From Marsupella aquatica (lineage: Eukaryota > Plantae > Marchantiophyta), in contig OZ316894.1 of NCBI GenBank assembly GCA_973895155.1, positions 12,192,828-12,256,827 of the forward strand: a stretch of DNA of 64,000 nt. The letters are read 5' to 3'. The stretch's first letter is position 1, and the number at the start of each line of letters is the position of its first letter. This document shows positions 27,541 to 37,630 of this stretch, one piece after another. Under the pieces are notes generated by a model. It was not told the origin of the DNA. It made no database searches and saw only the letters and a program-made list of their open reading frames with translations. The translations under genes were made by a program, and so were the position numbers.

Positions 27541-28360
27541 ATTTTGTGTGTGGTCTCTCCGCCCTTGGACCACATGAGACAGGTTGCACGTCGCGCGCTC
27601 ACAACACTAGTTCCCCCATCAGCACTCGATGCCACGTTAAGGGCAATAGACCGTGTTTTTGATAGGAGGAGGAGGGTCATACGGAGTCACCCTATTGAGA
27701 GGGGAGTAGAGGTCACCACTAGACCTCGGTCCATTACGTCTCGTATCCCTAGGACGGTGCCGCCACATTGTCCTTTTCGTGATGCCTCTTTTTCCCGAGC
27801 ACCAAGAGAGTTAAGAGGGAGAGCCTTGGACATCATAAAGGACTCATTCCCAACCCAGTTTGGCCTCCCTATGGTCCTGCTTGTTCGGGAGCCTATTGTA
27901 GTTTGGGATAGGCCATGGGTCCTCCTCCCATCCACATTGGGACCAGACGTAGGTCTTGGATTATTTGCACTCATGGATATTGTGGTGCCGGAAGGTTGTG
28001 CACCTGAGGACCTGCCCGAGTTGATTCCATTTTATGGGCCAAAGTATTCGGCCCATAGATGGCGTATCTTGTCTCGCCAATGCCCAACCTTTGGTCGGTA
28101 TGGCATGTCACTAAAGTTGGACCCTAGGTATACTCAGATGGATGCATGGTTACCCCCCTCGTACTGGAAACTTGGCGGGTTACATCAATAGCATAGTGGG
28201 CTGTCGGCATTTGGGGTTCCGCCCCAACGCTGAGTGGCATGAGTACCATGACCAGAGTCACCCTCGTTTGCCCTTGGGATGCAGTCACTACATCCTGACA
28301 CATGCCACCCGCACCATTCGAGCAGGGGATGAGATATTTGTAGACTATGATTGGCATTGA
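27541..28360 (+). CDS. SET-domain (lysine methyltransferase-like) exon inside transposase intron 1; one 4-nt frameshift
   Basis: Acceptor AAACAG|ATT is in frame with exon 1. Motifs: PSTLGPDVGLGLFA (GxGLFA), FYG, GNLAGYINS, PNAEW, ATRTIRAGDEIFVDY. Removing the GCAT at ~28144-28147 joins ORFs 27532-28191 and 28142-28360 as QMDGYPPRTGNL. Confidence 0.85.
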
Positions 28361-28503
28361 AGATTATATATGTTATTGATCACTTATTCATTACTCAGAG
28401 TGAGACTTATATTGGATTCTTTGACCTTCATTACCTCATGCACTATTGGGAACACATTGTCTAATTTGGGGATGACCTTATCTAATATTGACGTCTTGCA
28501 TAG

Positions 28504-31500
28504 GATGGTCCAAATATAACACCTACACCTCATCCATCGATGATGACGGAGTCAGCCCGTTCGTTCCACATGCGAGCCACATTATCTTTTTCTGACGACG
28601 AAGATGTTGAGAGTGATCATGTGCATGAGGACGAGGATGTGGACGAGGATGTGAATGAGTACCATGATGCACATGATGGCGATTTTGATGAAGATGTAGA
28701 GGATGATATGGATGCACCTATTCTTGAAGAGGATGCTTTTGCGCACCTTGTGGACATCCGCTTTGGACCTCATGTACCTGAGGGTGACCCTCCTGTCATG
28801 GAACTAGACAAAGATGATTGGGACCAATTGGAAACTGAATCCAGGACTCCGCTATTCCAGGGTTCCCCGATCTCACGGTACATTTCTCTGAGGTGCTATT
28901 ATAGTTTTTCTACTGTAATGTTGCTTAAGGGTGTGCATAAACCCTAAGTCCCCAATTGGACCATCCTCAATGGCATGCCTTAAACTAATTAAAAAGCTGG
29001 TTTCTTTGTGGTTTTCAATGCAAATGCAGGTTGGGAGCCACACTCTTGATGTTGAATTTACAGGGGGTTTTCAATGGATCAGATGTCCATACAGATGCAC
29101 TCTTTGCGTTGTTCCACAACAAACTCTTGCCTCAACCTAACAACCTTCCAGGATGTGTGAGGGAGGCTAAGAAGTTGTTATCATCTATCGGACTGGCGTT
29201 AGAGACTATACATATGTGCCCTCATGGGTGCATCTTGTATAGAGGACCCTACTTGGACCTCACCCATTGCCCAATTGAGCGATGTGGCCTTCCACGGTAT
29301 CGTCCTGATACCATTGGAGACAAGATTGCTGAGAAGGTAATGACATCCTTCTGTACCACATCTGTATTTTAGTATTTTTTGACGTTGCCCTCGTGAGTAG
29401 TACGTCTTTCAACTAGAAGTAAATACCCCTAACGTCTCCCTTGTGATTTTTACGTCTTTCCATATGACGTTTTTTAGTCCAACGTCGATGTTTGCACCGT
29501 AAAAGTTTAGGGAACGTAGATCTGCTCAACATGAAACAATAACGTCGTTCTGGACAACGTTCACTTTTAGGATACGTAGTTATGTTCAATACAGAAGTAA
29601 TACGTCGTATTGAACATCGTAAAGATTTTTGGAACGTAGTTATCATCAACATATTTGTGATGTTAACGACGAAATGCCGCCTCATGGTTGTTGTACATTC
29701 AGGTACTGAGGTATTTTCCAATCACACCCCGATTGCAGCATCTATACCGGCGAAGACACCTATCCTCCCTACAGACTTGGCATGCCGAGACCAAATCCCC
29801 AGCAGGGATAATGCGGTATCACCAAGATAGTCCAGCATGGAAGCACATTGATGCCACATGGCCAGATTTTGCTGCAGAGCCACGGAACGTTCGGTTGGGG
29901 TTGGCCATAGATGGGGTAAACCCATACAAGCAGCGACGGAAACCAAAGTCCATTTGGCCAGTTCTTTTGATAAATCAGAACATCCCTCCATGGTTGGCGA
30001 TGAAAAAAGGTCATGTTCTCCTCCTAGCTATCATTCCCGGTCCCGAGGCTTGCAAGAATCCAGATGTTTGCTTGGCCCCAGCTTATGAAGAGCTACATGA
30101 CTTGTGGGAAATTGGGGCTCCAACAACAGATGTCACCCGTGCACCGGACAATGGGAGGACATTCAACATGAGAGTCATGATCACCCATTGCACCACTGAT
30201 GGGCCAGGTAATTCAAAAACCTTACAAAATGTGATTATATTGTGCTAAATGACTTTATGTCTTCATTTGGCTTCTTTTATTGTGGGAATATGATGGGGTT
30301 TCTTTGGCAGGCATGGGCACAATATCAGGCTTGAAGGTGGCTGGGTACTCAGGTTTCCCTTCATGTGGCCCTGAGTTGCATGGGAGGTACTCAGTACTAT
30401 TGCACAAAACCACATATGAGGGCAGCAGGATGAGATTGTCAATGGATGACCCCATGCGATGTAACACAAGACATTGGGCACAGACTGAGTTAAGACCATG
30501 TCCTAATGCGCCTTCAGCAGAAGCTCAAATTCACATGGCAGAGATGGTGGAGGCTAAGCTGCTGAAACCCAAAGATTGTGGAGTAAACCGACGCTCAACA
30601 TTGTGGGACTTGCCTTATTGGAGGGTAGGTACAATACACCTATCAAATGTTGTGTATAGATTTTTTCATCAACTCTCATAATGCTAGAGTTTTTCACTTG
30701 ATTACCATGTTGTGCAAGCAGATGCTCAAGATCCGGTGGCTACTGGACCCCATGCACATTGAAGTGAATGTCGCAAAGAATTTGGTGAATCACATGTATG
30801 GTGAGAATGATACTCGTGGAGTTCGTGTGAATGCAAAGAATGTAGGAGTTGTGAAGAGCTATTGGATATCAGGTACATGATAAAACATAGATCAACCCTT
30901 AATTTGTAAGAAGTTGCCCAGATTTGCCTGAAACCCCAAACCCTAACAAGTTGATTCTCTTTAATTATTGGACAGCACGTACTGGGGTGACACCACCAGC
31001 CCCTTGGATTTTGCCTCGAGACATTCTGAAGGATGTGAATGGGATGATTTGTGAGATGAAGTTCCCGAGCCATTACGGAGCTGGATTCCGTGGGTGCACA
31101 ACGAGGAATGAGTACATCCCCCCGATAGGGTTGAAGTCCCACGATTATCACAAGTTGATACAGCATGTGCTCCCTGCAGTGTTGCGTTGTTGCGATGATT
31201 CTAGAGAGCGCCACCTACTCCGACTCACAATGTACGAGTTGTGCTCCATTTTCAGGTTGGAAATATCTTACTCGTGGATTTTGTGGTGTTATGGGACCAT
31301 AAATTTATGGTGTCTCAAACAACATTCTAGAGAGGATACGTAGTCTCTTAATACTTTACGTCGTCTATAACTAGGTAATGTAAAAATATGATGCCCCATA
31401 CGACGTATTCAAGGTCGTATAAGTCACCCCTCTTCAGGAACGTCCTACAGAGCGACGTTTGTAGGAATCTTAGTAGAGGGAATGTTAGTAGGCATTGAAT

Positions 31501-32762
31501 TGGTAACCATCTTAGCCCACTTTCAGATTGGGCGGTGATATTTATTCCTGTCATGTTTTTGAGTGCCTCATAGGTGGGTATGTGCCAAGGAGATCAAGGA
31601 GTCAGAGATTCCTTTGATGAGGGAGAGGACGGCGCAAGTGATGTGCAATTTGGAGCGAGTGTTCCCCCCAGCACTGTTTGACATGCAAATGCATTTGCTA
31701 TGTCACCTGGTGGATGAAGTTGCCATTGCAGGCCCAGTCCATGCCCGATGGATGTATTGGGTTGAGCGATATATGAAGGTGCTCAAGGGTTGGGTGCGTC
31801 AACCCGCTCGACCTGAGGGAAGTATGGCAACAGGGTTCATTATGTCAGAGTGTCTTTTCTATTCCGGGGGGGTGATAGGGAGTTTGGATAGCAAAGCTCC
31901 CACAACTTGGGAAGAGGCACAAGATGATGACAATGGTGGGCTGCGATTGATGGGTGCGGCCAAGAAGCGATCATTGGATGATGACATCTTTCGTCGACAG
32001 ATCCATAATTATGTGTTGGGGAATCGACCGGAGATGTCTGATTGGAGGGAGATGTATAGGTATGGTACTCTAAAATTTTAATCGATTGTGAATTGGATTT
32101 GAGAAGGCTGCAAATCTCTAACAATCTTGTGACAACGTATTTGGCAGTGCATGGTTGGAGCTTCAAGTGGGAGTTGCGCAAGCAGGTCGTGGCATTGCAT
32201 CATTTCGTGTCTGGGCTTTGGAGCGCATGGAGAGCTCTTGGCTGTGCATGGGTCTACATCCATTCCCATTGATGTACAAAACATCATTAGAGGGCCAGGG
32301 ATGCGGGCCACGACTCATACACACATGTTTGAGTCAGGGCATCACTTTCGGACTTGGAGGACAGACCATATGAAGAAGAGTACTTGTAACTCTGGAATCT
32401 TCATGATGACTGATGTAGATGATGTAGAGGTTCCTTATTGTGGGACAGTTGTGGACATTTTAGATGTTCATTTTGGGTCATTTGTCACCACTGTACTAGA
32501 GGTGAGGTGGCACAAGTCGATCATGTCACCCCTAGCGAGAGCTACGATGGTTGCGGATGAGTGTGGTTTTTATTGCGTGGACACAACCCGAGTTGCACCC
32601 ACAGGGACTGAGTTTAGTGACACCATAGTTTTTCCTAGCCAGGTGGATCAGTGCATTATGGTTCCGATGCAGACCATGAGAGGATGGTCCATTGTCATAC
32701 CAATTTTCCCTCGGCGAAGGAAGGGCTTCATGGCATCAGTCCTTGCAGACGATGCGGACTGA
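28504..32762 (+). CDS. TnpD-type CACTA transposase (Transposase_21, DUF4218, DUF4216-like), exons 2-9; one apparent 1-nt frameshift near 32230
   Basis: Phase-consistent GT-AG exons 28504-28877, 29030-29336, 29703-30207, 30311-30624, 30722-30872, 30976-31255, 31574-32059, 32148-32762. Motifs IHMCPHGCILY, VLRYFPITPRLQ, DSPAWKHID, RNVRLGLAIDGVNP, LDPMHIE, GLKSHDYH, FDMQMHLLCHL, RWMYWVERYM. Confidence 0.93.
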
Positions 32763-33398
32763 CACTATCCTTCACACCCTCCATTTATATGTATTGGCTA
32801 TGCCCACCTTCCACATATATATTGACATATGTTTCGACGTTTGAGATCTGGCAAACTGGAGGGAGAGTTGTGCAAAGTTTCTTCTTTCCTCACTTTATAG
32901 CTAAGAACACATTAAAAAGCATTAAACCTCGGCCTTCGAACAACCTTCAATGGGTCCTAGCACGTAAACCCTTATCACGTAGGCCAATTGACACTTCGAA
33001 CTTATTAACGTCAACCTCAACGTCATTAGACAATCAAAGGTCGCTTATACCCATAATGAAGATGTTAATCTATAGTTACGTCATAAATACATTGTACAAA
33101 CGACATATACATAGTACGTCCTTGGTTTACCGCGTAGTAGAGGACGTAGATTGTGTTACCGTGTCTTAAACGACGTAAACGTTTATTTAACCATTCTTCT
33201 GATGACATTCAAAGTTTCAATCGACGTTACTCACAAAACACATTACAAATATAAATTGCCTGGGAGGGACTTTTTATTCATGCGCTCAGAAACATACAAT
33301 GTGCACATAAGGCATGAGTCTGACTCCAGTCTAAACTGATTCCAATCCTAGGCAAATGATGCTCCTCCGTCTCCAGCTGACCTTGGCACTAGTGTAGC

Positions 33399-33958
33399 TT
33401 AAGGGGTCCCTTCACCAGACCAGTAGTACTCCTCATCTGCCTTCCTCTTTTTGTACGAATCATGCCTATTGCTGGCATTCCATTTCTTACGGACCACTGC
33501 TTCACCAACCTTCAGCCTTTCAGCCTCTATCTCAGCTGCACAGCTTTCCTTGTAGTCATACATCACAATATCAAGTTCAGTCGGTGACAACTGACATTTA
33601 GCCAACTTTGGTGGACAAGCCTCACCATCATCATCCTTGGGCGTATCGTCCAGCATCAAATCGTCCCCTGGATGCAGCAAAAACTCTTCTGGGTCCAACT
33701 CCTTATTGCCCAGAATGGAGTACTGTACCCAAAAAATCGAGATGAATGCACGGACTCTGCAAAGTGCTCGATCAATCCAGGATAGTCACTGAAGTGCTCT
33801 GTGACTTGTTTCCAGGTATTGGCAAGCAAGTATTCCGTCTTTGAGTTACAAAACTTGTCTATCACACCTCCACGACAAAAAAAGCCACGAACAGTCTTGT
33901 CTTCTTCACCTAGCGGAAGAAAACAATAGTGGACATCCTTGAATATCTTACGCACCAT
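33399..33958 (-). CDS. Orphan accessory gene inside the CACTA element (~185 aa if a 1-nt frameshift near 33705 is repaired)
   Basis: Overlapping ORFs 33656-33958 (ATG start) and 33399-33698 have protein-like sequence, an acidic stretch and a KKRK NLS-like motif. Convergent with tnpD and inside the TIRs. Confidence 0.55.
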
Positions 33959-34470
33959 AGCTGAAGACTTTCAATCTCACTCTGCAAATTCTGTGCACTA
34001 TCGTACCCGTAGGACATCTGAAATCACGAATGACCTGTGCAGTGAGGTCCCAGTAGCCTTGCCCCAAAAACTCCCGCAAAAAACCTTACGCATGCCAATT
34101 GGATTCCATTAACGTCGTTGCCCACATTGGTCATATACGTCTAACATCGCCCAACATCCATTATACGTCGTCATAGCATAGTATCCGTTATAGCCACGTC
34201 TGAAACGACGTACATCTATACGTCGACCCAACCCTATTCTGCTACACCGTCTGGGACGACGTCTACATGTTTGCCTCGTTATAAAAGACGTTAATAGCCC
34301 TATTGGGAGATACGTTAAATTAAAGACCCTCTAGAAGACGTAAAATGGGAAGGAAAGTCAAATGGGTACACCCATTTTGGGTTACGACGTAGAGGGAGAT
34401 GTACTGGGGAGTAACGTCGTGTCACATGATGCGAAAGGAAGTCACGACGTAGTGAAATGTAGTTGTGCAT

Positions 34471-36520
34471 GAACTGCTCTGAAATATTAAGCAATACCTT
34501 TTTCTTTGTGTAAAGTCTCACCTCTTTAGGCATCGAAAGTACTGTCTGTCAGAGTCTTGAGAACAATGGTTGTAGTTCATCTAGCCAACTTTGCAGAATT
34601 AGTTTATCTAACTAACTTTGCAGAACTGGTATTTTAGTATGGATGTCTATTCGTGCTTCAATTGTACAGTTAGCATACCATGATATGAAATACTTTGTGC
34701 TTGTAGACACCTCACAACAACACAAACAACACCTTCTTATGTGGAAAATATAAATTGTTTGTAGGCTTGTGTAGTTTGCCATAGAGAACCAAAAATCACA
34801 TTTTAAAGTCTCCAAACTCGGTATTCGTTCCCTTTAAGAACAAGATGGGGTTGGTTTGATGTAATAAACTAAAAACAAAGCTTTAAGCTCTTGTGTCACA
34901 CATAGTAATCAATCTTGACTACTTTAATCAGGTACTTTGAAGATCGCTCCACAGCGGTGAGTAGTTTTTGATGATAACTCAACATCAGATAACCTTCAAT
35001 TAAGCAAAAGATTGCAATTAACAAAACACAAGGAAAAATCTCTCAGAGTATGCTTAAGGGAGTCTGGAATAGACCAAGGTTACTCCTTAGACATAAGTAA
35101 TAATGGAATGACTTTAAGGGAATCCAAATCCACACGGCTTTTCAGATCTAAACTGCATACTAGAGTATCCTTTTAAAATGCCGGCAACATGTCTTGACCT
35201 TTCTTCCTAAGTGATACTTAGTCAAGATCTAAAAGGATAAATACTTCAGCATTTAGATGGTACTAAGCAACATGAAGGTGGAAACATCATTTCCAATGCA
35301 ACTTAAACTCAATGAGTTAACTCTAAGAACTTGTGAGATTACAATGTGTCACCAAAGCGGAATCTGACATTATAATTCACGAGATTCATAACTGAGGTTT
35401 TACTTCAAGTATTTGGGTTCCAAAATACAAGAAGGAGGTAAGTCTCTCCAAATGTTAAACCTGATCTCGAACTCATAGATTCATGATCAACTAGTTTAAC
35501 ACAAGGGAGAGGCAAAACTGCAAAACTTAACCATCTCTCTACACTAGGGGAAGAGGTATAAATAGTGATGAACTACAGAATAAGAGGTCACAGGGTCGAA
35601 GAGACATGCCTCTTCATACCCCTCAAAATTTTAAAATGGCGATTCAGTAAGTGAAAAGCCGGAAAAAATGGCTAAGTATGAACTCTTAAACTCTTAAAAA
35701 CTTAAACTCTTAAAAACGTAAAAACTTAAACTCTTAAACTCTTAATTTCGGTATACTAAAAATTGAGTAGATTCAACTATTTTTAACTTTCTACTCCTGG
35801 TTCAGAAAACTCTGAAATTTTTCCAGCAGGGTTTCCTAGGTACAGACTACAGCCTAAAGAAGTATGACAGCTTCTAAAGCTCTAGAACACATTTCTAAAA
35901 ATCAGATAAGATGCACTACTCTAAAAACTAACTAAGAACACTTAGAGACTTCTTCAAGCTTGCTGTCGGATGTCCTCTGGTTCTAGTAACTCCACAAGGG
36001 TAACAATTCGGTTCTGGGTAACCTCTATCAGCTTAGCTTGGCGTGGGGATCCTCTGGAGTATGGTAGGCACCTCAGTTGTCTCTCAGGATACATCAAAGG
36101 CATTCTCTTCATCAAATAACAGGAATCTATACGAAGAGCTTCTCTGTACATCCCGATCACATCATAGTTGTTGCAGGTGGCAGCATATACTTGGGGATAG
36201 TGATGCAGAAACTCATCACTATTCATCATCCTGGAATAGAAGGGTCGAAGTCTCCATTTGACATCTCTGAAATACCGGTTGAAGCTGGGCAGAGTTTGAG
36301 AGGTAAGGTGGAAGAGAAGTCAGTAATGAGCGCCTATGTCTTGCATTCCTTCCCTTTCAAGGTGAGCTCTTCATCCGTTGTGGAGTCCCGTTGAACTAGT
36401 TGTAAGATGTCACGATCACAGAGTCGCCAAATCTTAAGGTGTAACTCGTAAAGAAGTGAACTAGTAAACTCGTAAACTGAGTTTACTCGTAACTTAGGAA
36501 CTTAGTAACTTTGAATGCTG
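34471..36520. mobile_element. Probable decayed LTR-retrotransposon sequence, interrupted by the CACTA insertion (other part ~21400-23428)
   Basis: Minus-strand frame PKEVRLYTKKKVLLNISEQFM continues into SAATVYLR across the CAT TSD. Also short AAACTCTTAA tandem runs (35680-35745), a TATA-like TATAAATAG (~35557) and an orphan ORF at 35954-36229. No diagnostic domain was recognised. Confidence 0.3.
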
Positions 36521-37630
36521 TTTTAGTTACAGTTAGCAATAATTGCAGTCTAAACACCGTAAAAAATTTAAAAATTTTCAGTTTCTTCATGCTTTTGGAA
36601 TTACCCACTACTTACAGCTTGCATGAACGCTGTCAGTCACTAGTTGCAACTAGTGCGATAGATGGGAATTGTTTTATTAGTACTAGCCTGATCAACCATT
36701 CCTTGAAGGTAAGTAGAGATGAGAGAAAAAAACCTATCCTTGCAGAAAAAAGGATTTTATGCTATTCTTGTTCATTTTTTTACTTCCATCCCAGATTTTG
36801 TCTGCAGCCTCACTTTTAACTACGAACTCAGTCAGAGTCACACTACTTTTAACTATGAACTCAGTCAGAGTCACACTCTTGATGTTTCACTCTAGACAGT
36901 ACGCCAAGGGAGTAACTTTTGATTTAGATTATATACTTAATAAGATCTCTTCAAATGTGTTCATTCAGTTTTGAACATTCCCATGCAATTAATGTGCCAT
37001 ATTTGCGCAAATATACTGAGAGGCATGTGAGGACAGTGGGTGCAGATTTTGTGAGGAAATTAATTATGGCCATGTGCAGCCTTTTGCATCACTTAAAAAT
37101 GCATTACTTAAATATTCATTTGGCTGAAATGCTTAGAGAATTGTCTTTGCATTGGTTCATGCACCTTAGGGTGATTTGCTTTTGCACCAAAAAAGTGGGG
37201 CACAGCTTCTTCTTCTTTTGGTTCATATGACTTTATGCCAAGTGCTTTCATTTCTGAGTGTTTTTTTAAAGATAAATTGTATTTTTTGGCCTTGATAGAT
37301 TTTTTGAATTCTATTTATAAAGAAAGCTTACAACAGGGCGGCCAAAAGGGCAACACCAGAGGGGACCAAAGGTCGGAAGTGCCAACCAGAAGGAGGAGGG
37401 GGGAAGGGGGTGCTGCACAATACTATTTATCCATATAAGAAAAACATTGACATCACTCACGTTTAAAGAACTTGACATCAGTATTCTATATAATTATTAG
37501 GTACTAGGATTCCTCATAATTAAGTACAGAAAAACATGTCAGATGTTTTTCTTCATTTCTCCCAATTTTCCTTCTACCTTTTTGATTCAAAAGTGATCCA
37601 GGCTTGCAAAAGAATCATTCCTTCCAAATG

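Larger units (their letters stand above)
23432..34467 (+). mobile_element. CACTA/EnSpm-superfamily DNA transposon with CACAA termini, 11,036 bp
   Basis: 13-bp TIRs CACAACTACATTT (23432-23444) and AAATGTAGTTGTG (34455-34467); 3-bp TSD CAT (23429-31, 34468-70); encodes TnpD-type transposase exons. Confidence 0.95.

Noticed and set aside
27541-28360. SET exon as an independent nested host gene or separate insertion
   Set aside because: No TIR/TSD or promoter of its own was seen, while it has an in-frame acceptor for the transposase exon 1. It is treated as an alternative exon pending transcript data.
34449-34454. GTAGTG as a canonical CACTA right terminus
   Set aside because: There is no matching CACTA left end. 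The CACAACTACATTT pair 13 bp further out gives perfect TIRs and a CAT TSD.
36419-36430. CAGAGTCGCCA as a reverse-complement PBS of a gypsy element
   Set aside because: Short match with no adjacent, definable LTR pair.
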